From contig OX597818.1 in NCBI GenBank assembly GCA_951406725.2, positions 117,118,001 to 117,182,000 on the forward strand: a stretch of DNA of 64,000 bases, in the 5' to 3' direction. Positions 39,750 through 52,513 of this stretch are shown here, piece by piece. Source of the DNA: Octopus vulgaris. Its lineage: Eukaryota. Positions within the stretch are counted from its first letter, which is position 1. Each line of letters opens with the position of its first letter. The notes under the pieces were generated by a model, which saw nothing but the letters and a program-made list of their open reading frames with translations, did no database searches and was not told the origin of the DNA. The position numbers and the translations under genes are program-made.

Positions 39750-39960
39750 ATAGAAATGGTAAGAAAGCAAAGGAATGAAAGATATTATGTAAATAGAGGA
39801 ACTTATCTGTAAAAATAATATGTGACAATTATTCGGTAGCCATGATAAAACTCCGAGTTTCGGATGTCGGGGCGGAAATCCACGCCGGCATGAAGAGATG
39901 CCGGCGTGGGTTTCTGCCCTGACATCCGAAACTCGAAAAATTGTCACATATTATTTTTCC
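39745..39960 (-). mobile_element. Fold-back PLE-type insertion in (TA)n with a split hammerhead
   Basis: Arms 39811-39891 and 39898-39958, 6-nt loop, tail of about 66 nt on the left; TGAAGA-GATG..CATCC-GAAAC on + and CATCC-GAA-ACTCGGAGT-T on -. Confidence 0.75.
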
Positions 39961-40427
39961 ATATATATATATACGTATGTATATATGTATACATACATAT
40001 ATATAAATATATAATATATAAACATATATATATAATATATGCGTGTGCAGGTGTGTGTGTATAAAGTTATATGTATGTATGCATACATGCATATATATAT
40101 ATGTGTGTGTATGTGTGTATGTATACATGTATATATATAAATATATATTTGTATATGTAAATATTATATATAAAGAAAACATACTTATATACACATAAAT
40201 ATATATATGTGTGCGTGTGTGTATGTGTGTGTGGGATATGTATGTGTAGACGGGCATGCGTGTATATTACACGTTAAATACACTATTTCCAATTACCTCT
40301 TGTACCACTAGCATCAAAGATGTTCCTAACATGACTAACTAGACTTTTATCTTATCAGTCATAATTCTCATAAAATTACTTCAATAAATTTTTCTAATTC
40401 TTAAGAGTCTCTTTATTTTTATACATA

Positions 40428-40469
<42 letters not shown>

Positions 40470-40872
40470 TGTGTGTGTGTGTGTGTTTGTGTGTACAAAG
40501 GTGTGTATATACACGATCATACACGTAGATGCTTCGGAAAAGTATCTCAAGAATGCAACGAGCAGTATCTAAGTTCAAGTAAAAGTTAAGAAAGTGCTCA
40601 ACGAAAACTGATACGGGCCACGATATCCTGAACTAGATTTCAGTAAACTCATTACAGAAACTACTCTCCCCCTCTCTCTTAAAATCACTATTTTTCTGGC
40701 TTCGATTGTATATATGTATATATATATACATGTGTGTGTGTGTGTAAATATATACGGACATTCATACAGACGCACGGTCGGGTGCCCGCGTACACAAGAA
40801 TATAAAATAATATATTTTGAAATATATATCTCCTGTGTTTCATCCACCTACCACACGCACACGAACACACGC

Positions 40873-40952
<80 letters not shown>

Positions 40953-40968
40953 TTATATATATATGTGT

Positions 40969-41192
40969 GTGTGTGTATGTTTCTGTGTTTGTGCTTGTCC
41001 CCCCAACATCACTTGACAACCGATGCTGGTGTGTTTATGCCCCCATAATATAGCGGTTCGGCAAAAAAGACCGATAGAATAAGTACTAGGCTTACAAAGA
41101 ATAAGTCTTGGGTCGATTTGCTCGACTAAAGGTGGTACTCCAGCATGGCCACAGTCAAATGCCTGAAACAAGTAAAAGAGTAAGAGTAAAGA

Positions 41193-41193
<1 letters not shown>
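40969..41193 (+). mobile_element. SINE family C 3' half
   Basis: Matches 60090-60293. Confidence 0.9.
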
Positions 41194-41249
<56 letters not shown>

Positions 41250-41808
41250 TTGATGCATGTATATATATATATATGTATATGCATTTATGCATGTATATAT
41301 ATACACACTCACACACATATACCTATATGCATATATATATATATATATATATATCATATACATACGCACACACACACACATATATATGATACACAGACAA
41401 GCGCATATATGTACACACACACACATACAGTGCCATAGTAAGAGATTTCTCGTCCTTTCCTCAATTCATTCTTTCGTTCCACTATATGCTCCGGAATACA
41501 CGAAATACACCAGTATATACACATGTCCATATATGGAAATAATGGGATAGTCTCTCTTTCATTTAATAGCAAAAGCGTTTCTCTCTGTATGAATTTACAA
41601 CAACAAAATCAGTAAGAACATCCCACAAGCGTATGTAGCAAAAACGAAAGTAAATATGCAGAGTAATATACACGTGTTGTGTGCATGAGGTTTGGTTTGT
41701 ATGTGTGTGTGAGTGTCTGTGTATTTATCGCTATGAATTCATGCATGTATATACAAGTATGCATATATGCAAGTTTGTATATACTCGCAAATCTGTAGAT
41801 ATACATTA

Positions 41809-41844
<36 letters not shown>

Positions 41845-41984
41845 GATGGAAAGAAAATAATATATGCCGCTAGTAGATTTTATTAGTATAAGTGTTACTA
41901 GTAAACACACGTAAGCATTGAACGACGTCGTGCCTCTCTGTAACTATTATAGATGTTTACCTGATACATAGATATACATGTGTG

Positions 41985-42015
<31 letters not shown>

Positions 42016-42204
42016 ATTGGGTGGTTGTGTGTGAATGTGTGCGCGTGTGTATACGGATCCTGCTTTAATATACGCATATATTCCGAGATCAATTATTAGC
42101 AAACAAACTGGTGCTTGCTTTATGTTCATGTATTTTTCACTTATGAATTCTTTGTCAGATATAAGTACATGTGTGCGTACGTGCGTACGTATTGATGTAT
42201 GTAC

Positions 42205-42266
<62 letters not shown>

Positions 42267-42508
42267 TGTATGAATATATGTATGTACATGCGTTTGTGTA
42301 TATGTAGCTTCAAGTGTGCATATCAGTATTAACGTATATTATTGTATTCGAGTAAAACGATAGCTATGTCTCTCAGAAAGACAACGAACGTTATCACCAA
42401 CCGCAAAACCACATAAAAACACCCACGCCTTCTGACTGCACACACAACAACGCGTGTGAACATACGAACACATACGCCCACGCACACACACAGACACATA
42501 CACACACG

Positions 42509-42554
<46 letters not shown>

Positions 42555-43530
42555 AATACATATATATATATAAATGTATATACATACACTTATACACATG
42601 AATATACTAGTGCGTAGGCGTGTGTGTATGCGTGTGTACATAGAGACAACCTATCTTCTCTATATCGGAAAATGTAAGCAAACATAGATTGAAAGAATAT
42701 ACAACTAGAAAAATCACAATTGTAGCTTTCTAACGAACGACCAAGATCAATAAGTAACATCTATAATCTTATAAGGAAGAAGAAATGTCCAGGTTTCGTG
42801 CCCCACCATATCCTCTCATATTAATCACCATTCGTAATATCACTGTGGCGTACTGGCCGAACCGTTATCACGTCGGACAAAACGTATAGAAGCGTTTCGT
42901 TAAGTCTTCACGTTCTGCGTTCAAATGCCACTGCGGCCGACTTTGTTCTTCATGCTTCGGGTTCGACAGAATAAAAATAAGTATTAATTAAAACCATACG
43001 GCTGAGGAAATCGACTTCTCCCCACCCACTCGATATTGTGGCCTTGCGCCAAAATTTGAAACCATCATTTGAATATAGGTGCAGTATGATTGAATGGTTG
43101 CCAATCATGATGTTTCTGGATCAAATCCTACTATGGAACATATTAGGATATTGAAAAATCTTCCTTAGCCTCTGGTGAAGCGTTCCAAGTGAGTGAAGTA
43201 GGTTCGAGGAAATATGTAGAAATGTAAATGGTATAGATTGTACCTGTTATTCGAAAGCTACACCCTTGCCACACATTGTGAGTTGCGAATTCCACAAGAA
43301 TGTTAGGGATATTCTTATCTCTGGATAAACCCAGTAACCTGGAATTAAATCAGGAGCAGGAGAGTTGGCTCAAGTATTTGAACGCTCACCTTCAATCGAG
43401 GGTAATACGCCACCACCACCACCACCAGTAACAACAACACCATCTCCACCGCCATCGACTCATTGTTATTTGCATTATCAGTAACCTTACTAATATTAAT
43501 ATCATTATGGCCAAGAAGAAGCCGACGTGC

Positions 43531-43937
43531 TTGGCAGAACCGTTAGCACGCCGGGCGAAATGCTTAGCGGTATTTCGTCTGCCGTCACGTTCAGAGTTCA
43601 AATTCCGCCGAGGTCAACTTTGCCTTTCATCCTTTCGAGGTCAACTTTGCCTTTCATCCTTTCGAGGTAGATAAATTAAGTACCAGTACGCACTGGGGTC
43701 GATATAGTCGACTTAATCCGTTTGTCTCTCCTTGTTTGTCCTCTCTGTGTTTAGCCCCTTGTGGGTAGTAAAGAAATAGGTATTTCGACCGTCCTTATGT
43801 TCGGATTTCAAATTCCTTCGAGGTTGACTTTGCCTTTCGGGGTAGATAAAATAAATACCAGTTGTGCACTTTGGTCAATGTAATCGACTTACCCTCCCCA
43901 CATATTTCTGGCCTTGTGCCTATGGTAGAAAGGAATA
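43531..43937 (+). mobile_element. SINE family B dimer
   Basis: Two units; internal 27-bp duplication CGAGGTCAACTTTGCCTTTCATCCTTT. Confidence 0.9.
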
Positions 43938-44433
43938 TTTCTGCTTCTATTTCCTACAACATAGTCAAATATATTTCACTGGTTTTGGTCTTACAATAGA
44001 TACCTCGCTTCTTTGAAATGTTTCCTATTCTTTCTTCGAATTGAAGTATCGATTAGGTGTTTATTTTCCCCTGGAGAAAATTACTGCATGTAAGAATCCT
44101 AACTATCCAAAATTTTGCCCCAGTTGTTTGTAACAGTATATTCTGAAAGACTTAGTCGAATGTTCGACTATTTTCTGTAAATATTATACACTAATGGCTC
44201 TCTTCTCGGCATACGAAATAAACATTATGTGAATGCATAATCTCTCATCGCATTTCTCTAGTCGAGGGCTAGAGTTCGAATGAACGACGCTGTCTTTTAT
44301 TTTTTCTTTCAATATTGCCTTATCTTCAAGTCACACACCTAGCTGTACCCATATTTAGATAAGATGAGGCATCAACATATAATATGTTGCTTTATTTATT
44401 TACGCTTACCGTGTGCCCTGCAGTACCATCTTC

Positions 44434-45748
44434 TTCGTGAAGGTACCCAAATGTAACCGGAAACGTTCTCTATAGAACAAACTCGTTGTAGCTCAGGCTT
44501 CGGCCCCTAGAAGCCACTGATGCGACCTTCAGGCACCAGTCTGCCGACTGGCGTCGTCCTTTGCGGTCGTATTGCCACGTGGTGCGTCTTTGTTTTTCAG
44601 TGCTTCTCTCCTGTTTCTCAATTTTTGCGATGGCTGAAACGAAGGAGCAGCGTGCTTCCGTGAAATTTTGTTTTCTGCTGGGTAAAACGGCGGCCAAAAC
44701 AGTTGTCATGCTTCAGACAGCTTAGAAGGACGCTGCCATGAATAAAAAACCCAAGTTTGCAAGAGAAATACTTTAGAAATGGTAACTTGTCGCTTGAAGG
44801 TGGTGAGCTGGCAGAAACGTTAGCACGCCGGGCGAAATGCGTAGCCGTATTTCGTCTGCCGTTACGTTGTGAGTTCAAATTCCGCCGAGGTCGACTTTGC
44901 CTTTCATCCTTTCAAGATCGATTAAATAAGGACCAGTTACGCACTGGGGTCGATGTAATCGACTGAATCCGTTTGTCTGTCCTTGTTTGTCCTCTCTGTG
45001 TTTAGCCCCTTGTGGGTAGTAAAGAAATAGGTATTTCGCCTGCCGCTACATTCTGAGTTCAAATTCCGCCGAGGTCGACTTTGCTTTTCATCCTTTCGGA
45101 GCCGATTAAATAAGTACCAGTTACGCACTGGAGTCGATGTAATCAACTAAATCCGTTTGTCTGTCCGTGTTTGTCCCCTCTGTGTGTAGCCCCTTGTGAC
45201 TAGTAAAGAAATAAACTTGTCGCTTGACGACCACTCCCGTTCAGTGCGACCATCGATCTATGAACTGATCATAGAAGACCGTCACCGAACAATTAACAAA
45301 CTTGATATAACTAGGTGCCTTGGAGTTTCTGCTAACTAATTTTGGACGAGGAATTGTAAATGAAAAGAGTTTCAGGAAAATTTGTGCCTCGCGTGCACAT
45401 GGAAGATCAAAAGCAATCACGACTGAATGTGTGTCGTGAGCTAAAAGAAGAGTTGGAAGTTGACCCGGACCCTTTTTCGAAGGTCATCTCTGGTTAGGAA
45501 AGCTGATGCTACGGAACCTAGAAATGTCGAAGAGGTGAAAAAAAAAGAAAAGTGAAGGGCGTTAAAAGGCATCACTTTGCAAGAGTTCCAGGACTGCTTC
45601 GAACAGTGGAGAACGCGTCTGGACCGATGCATTGCTTCAAAAAGAGAATACTTCGAATACTTTGAAGGCGATAAAAGTGTAAACGTCTAAAACTCAGTGA
45701 ATAAAATAATGCTGAAAAATACTGGTCTCTTTTGGGTATTCCCTCTTA
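44434..45748 (+). mobile_element. Decayed, internally deleted mariner transposon
   Basis: ATG at 44630: MAETKEQRASVKFCFLLGKTAAKTVVMLQTA; MKRVSGKFVPRV..DQKQSRLNVCREL..SKVISG*ES*CYG; ITLQEFQDCFEQWRTRLDRCIAS..YFEGD; imperfect TIRs around GTACCCAAA / TTTGGGTAT. Confidence 0.9.
44798..45213 (+). mobile_element. SINE family B dimer inserted in the mariner
   Basis: 14-bp TSD AACTTGTCGCTTGA at 44784-44797 and 45214-45227. Confidence 0.95.
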
Positions 45749-47049
45749 ATTCCACTTCAGTGAGTGATGTTGTAGCGTCAGCTGAAAAACCCTGTTGCTG
45801 TATAGCAATCAAACACAACCTGCTCACGGCTTTCAATCGTGATCTTTTTAGCCACTGTTGATTACAATCCTTATCTACAATAGATTTGGGCGAACTTACA
45901 TTATTATAACAATCAATATGGCAGCGAGTTGCCAGATTCTTGTGCACGCCGGACAAAAGGCTTAACATTTCTCCCAGCTTCACGTTCGCGGTTCAAATTC
46001 CTCTGAGGTCAGGCTTGAGATTCTTCCTTTCAGGGTCGGTGAAATACAGTACAATGTCTGCGTGTCTCTTCTCTCCAAATTTCAGGGCCTGTATTGTTTC
46101 TTCTGGGCCATTACCTTCTGAGTTCAGTTCCTGCTGGTGGCAGTCTTACCTTCCATTGTTTCGAAAGGCGAAAATGCCAGTTAAGAATTTTATTTTATTT
46201 TCTCCTTTCGAAGATATCGACGACATCTCATCGTCAAGATCTATGACTTTGTACTTCAAGTATACGCTATTATTTAAGGCAGCGAAATCACAGAACCTTC
46301 AGAGTTCGGAAAGGGTGCTTTGTTATACATTCTCCGGCCCGTTATGTTCTGAGTTAAAACCCAACTAGCACCAAGTCTGCTCTACGTCCAGTCAACTACT
46401 AAAGAGGTCAATATATTTATTCTCAATTCCGAGAAGTGTCGAGAAAATAATTGATAGTTGAGCGCTACGTTCGATCTAGTCGACCTAACTCCACCTTCTC
46501 CAACTGTTGATTTCGTGCCAAAATCTGAAACCGTTATTATTTGTAATTATTTATTATATTTTAGATTATAAATTGGCGATCTAATTATAAGCTATTGTTT
46601 GCAGAGAGTGTTAGATGGATCCTCTACTTCTGTTTGGGCGGCTGTATTACTGTTATCATCTCTGTGTATCACCGCCTAAACGCTTGTTTGTTAGTTTTCA
46701 TCAGATTTGGAAAGAGCAAATTGTTTCGCAGTTCAATATATAATATGAAAACTACTACACGTTCCGATTAATTGGTCTTTTCCAGTTTCTGATTCTTGTT
46801 GAAGCAACACTTTTATAGTCAGATATTGATTTTGGTATATATAATTTCTTTTCCTAAAATTGTTTTCTAAAAATTTCTGCTATATTCGGACAGTATCGTA
46901 TCTAATCATTAGTTTTTGCCACATGAAATTTTCGAATGTTCCCAACTGTGCATTCTTGGGATCAAGATTTCTCTCCCGGTCCGTCGCAGATTACTCATTT
47001 TTGTCAGCTGAGTGGACTGGAGCAACGTGAAAATGAAGTGCTTTGCTGA

Positions 47050-47097
<48 letters not shown>

Positions 47098-47258
47098 CGA
47101 TGGGCTTCTTTCAATTTCCGTCTACCAAATCCACTCACAAAGCTTTGGTTGGCCCGAGCTATTTTAGAAGACACTTGCCCAAGCTGCCACGCAGTAGTAC
47201 TGAACCCGGAACCATGTGGTTGGTAAGCAAGCTACTTACCACACAGCCACTCCTACGT
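47098..47258 (-). mobile_element. SINE family C 5' half
   Basis: Reverse complement of the GTAGGAGTGGCTGTGTGGTAAGTAGC head. Confidence 0.9.
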
Positions 47259-48556
47259 ATTAACCATACTGTTGTTCCTTCCTTATTTATGTTGTGCTTA
47301 ATCTCCATACTGTGTGTATCATTGTAATATTTCCTAGAATCATTGAGCGCCATGCGAGTCATTTTACTTCCATCACTGTGCAGGACATCTACCGCGTATT
47401 CAAATTCACGCTTCTATAGGTCTGAATTAGGTTGTGGAATCCTATCTTCTCTACCGTTTTATTGCATATTTAATATAGTTTATTCAATTGTTAACACGTA
47501 AGCGTAAATATAATAGAGCTAAACTCTGTTACATCACGGGGTATCAACTGAGCATTATTTGTTCAATCCAACTGTATACTGCCTATAGGATCTTTTAACT
47601 TACATTGTTCTCCAAGAGAAAACTTTCTAAAGCGCTCTCGGCTAATCATCTATGCTAACTCACCTTTCGTATGCTTTTATTTAAGAAGTTGAGATATTGA
47701 TATATGTACCATTGACATCATGTTCAGCCAGCATGGAATATGGTTGAATTCTAAGAGTAATATAAATCACAATGCTAGACATAGATGAAATCTGACTACA
47801 CTGGCTTTCAAAATGGCTGGAACTGAAAGTATTTGAATATTAACAGTTTTATTGTTAAGTTGATTGGCAGCGTTTATATTACTATTATTATATATTACAA
47901 TTATTATAAATAGTATCTTCCTCTCTATTATTAAAATGTCTGCTATCTTTTACGGCATTACTAAAATTGCAACTCTCATTCTTTCCATATTCGATTTATA
48001 GCTTCGTCAACAAATGCACTTGTTGTTCTGTTTTTGTTCGCATCGTTGAATATAACTTTAGCATATATAATTATAGTTAAATGTATAAATGGAAAGTGGA
48101 GGCTGCTAGGAACGTTAGTCTATCCTCTGTCTAATTGTTATATAGTTTGTCATTACACAACACGTTACTTACACCCTGTCCGTCTGTCTGTCCCTCTCTC
48201 TCTCTCTTTCTCTCTGTGTATCTGTTTGTCTCTCTCTTTCTCTCTCTCGTATGCCTAACTTTCTCTGCGAAAGGCTTTTTGAACGACGCTGGTGACAGTG
48301 GTTTTACTAAGATTTAATATTTACAGAAAATAAATGCTCTTCTGAGAGTCGTTTTGAGAAAATCCTCAACGTAGCTCAGAACAATTATTTATTTTCAGAA
48401 AAGAAAAATATATTTCAGGTGCTGAGTGATGTCTACAACCGAGCAGTGCAAGTACATACTGGACGGCATTAAGTGAAGGACAGCAACTCACTTGCCTTAT
48501 CTCACGAACAGACACGCTCCATGACAACTCTGAGTGTGCGATATATAAATGCACTT

Positions 48557-48786
48557 AAGGCGGCGAGCTGGCACAAACGTTAGCACGCCGGGCGAAATGC
48601 GTAGCCGTATTTCGTCTGCCGTTACGTTCTGAGTTCAAATTCCGCCGAGGTCGACTCTGCCTTTCATCCTTTCGGGGTCGATAAATTAAGTACCAGTTAC
48701 GCACTGGGGTCAATATTATCGACTTAATCCGTTTGTCTGTCCTTGTTTGTCCTCTCTGTGTTTAGCCCCTTGTGGGCAGTAAAGAT
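48557..48786 (+). mobile_element. SINE family B monomer
   Basis: AAGGCGGCGAGCTGGCA..GAGTTCAAATTCC..GCCCCTTGTGGGCAGTAAAGA. Confidence 0.9.
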
Positions 48787-49297
48787 TTAGACATTCAAAT
48801 GTACTTGGCCTTGAGTCACTCCGAAAGCAGGGTCGCCTGCTTATTCGCCTCAATACATCTGACATATACGCCGTAGCACACAATTTTGGCGACTTCGAAA
48901 TTTTCGCATCACTTACTCCGCACAGAATGAAGGTTTGATAACGGTGCTGTTTCAGAATGGCCTGAGCTTCGAGATTCAATCGATCTTCCTAGACACGGAC
49001 GTTAAAAGGTGGTGGTGCACAAAATCACAATTGAATTATATGAGCCTACTGACAAAAATATTGGTTTTCTAATAAAAATTAATAAAATGGTACTTAAATA
49101 TAGAACAGCTTCAATGAACTTGATGAGGGCTAATTGTAGGATGTCTAGACAAAGTAAAATCCCTGTCAGCATAAAAAACATTTTTATTTTTAAAATAACT
49201 TTTGTGGTAGATAAGAGTATAATAAAAAAATTAACAATTCTTAAAAGAAAAAAATAACATAACTGCACACACAAACACACACACACACATATATATA

Positions 49298-49450
49298 TTC
49301 TTTTATTTGTTTCAGCCATTTGACTGCGACCATACTGGAGTACCGTCTTTAGTTGAACAAATCGACCCCCAGGATTTATTTTTGTAAGCCTAGTACTTAT
49401 TCTATCGGTCACTTTTTTCGAACCACTATGTTTCGTGGACGCAAACACAG
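49298..49450 (-). mobile_element. SINE family C 3' half
   Basis: TTGTTTCAGCCATTTGACTGCG..AAATCGACCCCCAGGA..TTATTCTATCGGTC. Confidence 0.8.
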
Positions 49451-49690
49451 ACACGCAAGCATACACCCACACACACACATATATAAAGACGTTTATCGTG
49501 CATAGCATTATGTGAAGTAAATGAAATGTATTTGCCGTTATCGCTATTTCATTTGTTGTTGACAAACTTCAAATAAAATAAGCAATGCTAAAAATATCAA
49601 ATAATAGTTTCACATCGTGAGAGGTCTGTGAAGTAACGTACAAATAAAATAACGAAAACATACAGAATTTTAAGAGACAGTGTCTGAAAT

Positions 49691-49961
49691 CAACAATTGC
49701 AGCCTGGAAGGTATTTCTAAGCCATTTAAGAAACAAACAAAATCCGTTAGATTCACTTCAGCATTTAAATTTAATTTGTCAAAATATTTTCCTCACTTTG
49801 AGACTACGACCTGTTCACTGGCAAAATTGCGTGATTGAATCTAACGGATTTTGTTTGTTTCTTAAATGGCTTCTTATAAACACCTTCCACGCTGCAATTG
49901 TTTTCGTTCCAGCACACGATCTCAGATCAGGTCACTTGCTATGCAAGTACATCTACGTAAT
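49691..49961. mobile_element. Fold-back PLE-type insertion with an 11-bp TSD
   Basis: Arms at about 49692-49754 and 49836-49901, tail of about 60 nt; TSD GTGTCTGAAAT at 49680-49690 and 49962-49972; same family as 15434. Confidence 0.85.
49775..49825 (-). ncRNA. Hammerhead-like motif, G3-C8 core variant, partly decayed
   Basis: TTTGCCA-GTGAACA-GGTCGT-agtctcaaa-GTGAG-GAA-AATATT-T-TGACAAA. Stem I pairs 6 of 7, stem III is palindromic, stem II is imperfect and the triplet is UUU. Confidence 0.5.
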
Positions 49962-50944
49962 GTGTCTGAAATATTCCTCCAGATAACATACTTCTAACGT
50001 AGAAAACATTCTCTAAGTATTACACTGGCCATAACAAATTCTGTTACCATTCCATATGGTAACAATTATTTATGTATGCAAAGAACCCTGAGTTAGGATA
50101 TTATTTTGTTATAATAAGTAACTTTGGGAGATAAAGAATCACAGTCAACCACTCATGAATTTAAGCAGCAAAAATTATTTACGATTTAAACATCGCTACA
50201 TGTCCAGGTTAAGTCACATGATAACATTTTGCGTTGTTTTAGAATTTTCTTAGAATTCTTAGAAAGGAGAATTTACATCCTAAGTCAGTTACCCCAGCGA
50301 AGATTTTTCCACATGTAAGTGAAAACGAACCTGTTAAATACAAACGAACACAGATTTATTATAATCGTCGCTGCTTCGTGTAGGCCTCAATAAATTCTTT
50401 AAGACAATATGATGAACTGATAATTTTTGCTATACATTTCAATAATCCTCTGCAATAAATGTGAAATAAATAAGGAAATATAGACCAAATGAAGAACGGG
50501 AATGATGAGAGGAAGAAATAATGAATTAATAAAAGAAATAGAATTCAGAAAAACGATAGTTTAACGCTCACAGAAATGTAGAAGGTGTTGCGTATTTCAT
50601 ACGCATTCATCTTTCTGCTTTTGGCGATAAAGTATAATATAATATCAGATATTCTGCAATGTCTGGCCATAAAATGTACACCAGACACTATTCACTGTGT
50701 CTAACATTACAAATTATTTTCTGGAGGTATAAAATATGTCTGGCAATACGTCTGAGCATATAAACATGCCGGCTGATATAAATTATATATAGCTGCGTTA
50801 TATAAAGCTGGCAATATATATTGCAAGCTAAACTGGGCGAAACATCCAAGTGACTATCGATAATATTCTTGTTTAAGGATGATTCATTTATGCTCGACAA
50901 AAGTGTAGAGCAACCTATCAGATTGTCTTATTATAACTGAACAC

Positions 50945-51050
50945 GGAGGCACAATGGCCCAGTGGTTAGGGCAGCGGACTCGCGGTCGGAGGATCGCATT
51001 TTCGATTCCCAGACCGGGCATTGTGTGTGTTTATTGAGCGAAACACCTAA
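50945..51050 (+). mobile_element. SINE family A head, truncated at the fold-back
   Basis: GGAGGCACAATGGCCCAGTGGTTAGGG..AAACACCTAAAA. Confidence 0.9.
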
Positions 51051-51361
51051 AATGATAGAGGCTACTGAACAGCACCAGATATTGCTAGAAACAAGAGTTA
51101 GAATAACTCACAAGCATTGTTCTTTACGACTGACAAAGGGAGGTAAGTCCCCACTTTATATAGCCGGATCGACTGACAGAGGTAATTGAATTTAACCCTA
51201 GGTGCTATGCATCAAAATGCAAAATCGTTCGATCCGACTACATACGCTGAGGACTTACCTCCCACTATCAGTCATTAAGTACAAATCTTTGTGGCTTGAG
51301 TTATTTTAACTATAGTGCTTGTCAGCACCCTCCATTTTGTGACCTGTATTAATTTTACCTA
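51049..51361. mobile_element. Imperfect fold-back element with a short tail ending in (TG)n
   Basis: GTTAGAATAACTCA..GACTGA..GGGAGGTAAGTCC..TAGCCGGATCGA pairs with TCGATCCGACTA..GGACTTACCTCCC..TCAGTC..TGAGTTATTTTAAC; tail ...TTAATTTTACCT. Confidence 0.75.
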
Positions 51362-52126
51362 TGTGTGTGTGTGTGTGTGTGTAAAACGTACCCCTGGCAA
51401 TATAAATTATTTTGTCGTTTTAAATTGTGGATGTCCATCCAAAGTATATTGATGGCAATATGCACACTGTTTGACATTGTATAATCCTAGAAGAATAAGT
51501 GACAAACTTAGATTCTTTGGGATTTTAAATGACTACGTAACGACCAGGAACAGATATTGAAGGTTGATTTGCGAAACGCTATACGTGTTCAGCCAACGAA
51601 AAACCCTTTCGATAATAATTGTTCGCATATAAGCTGAAGGCCAGAATCTTTCTGCGGCAGATTTGGTCGCGTAAGCCGACTCCATTATGTCACTGTATTT
51701 CTTTAATCGTTAAATTTTGAAAGACAAAATAAACTTCAGCTTAGTTTGGCATGAGGCTGTAAAGATCTGGAACAAAGAGATAAAATCACACAATTGTCTG
51801 CTATTAATGATGTATGTTACAAACTATAAATATATTCCTGCTATAAAGTATATTTTTGCATGATATTACAGTTTTTTGTAGAATTGTTTAATTGAAACCA
51901 AATCCTAGCAACAACATTAATCTATGCGGAAGGATAAATAGGTGCATTGTTAACAATCATATTTCAATTATTAATATTTAATTTACGTCACTGAGAAGTG
52001 TGAGGTTTGTCAGTGAGGGTGATATAAATCTGCCAGTGTGATGTTTGTCGTGAAGCACCATAAGTAAAAAGAGATTTTAATCAATAATAATGTGGCAAGC
52101 GAGAAGATGAAGATCTAAACGGTAAT

Positions 52127-52513
52127 GGATGGAAGCACTCCGTCGGTTACGACGACGAGGGTTCCGGTTGATCCGAATCAACGGAATAGCCTGCTCGTGA
52201 AATTAACGTGTGAGTGGCTGAGCACTCCACAGACACGTGTACCCTTAACGTAGTTCTCGGGGATATTCAGCGTGACACAGAGAGTGACAAGGCGGGCCCT
52301 TTGAAATACAGGTACAACAGAAACAGGAAGAAAGAGTGAGAGAAAGTTGTGGTGAAAGAGTACAGCAGGGATCAGCACCATCCCTGCCGGAGCCTCGTGG
52401 AGCTTTAGGTGTTTTCGCTCAATAAACACTCGCAACGCCCGGTCTGGGAATCGAAACCGCGATCCTACGACCGCGAGTCCGCTGCCCTAACCACTGGGCC
52501 ATTGCGCCTCCAC
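52127..52513 (-). mobile_element. Full-length young SINE family A
   Basis: 11-bp TSD TAAACGGTAAT at 52116-52126 and 52514-52524. Confidence 0.95.
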
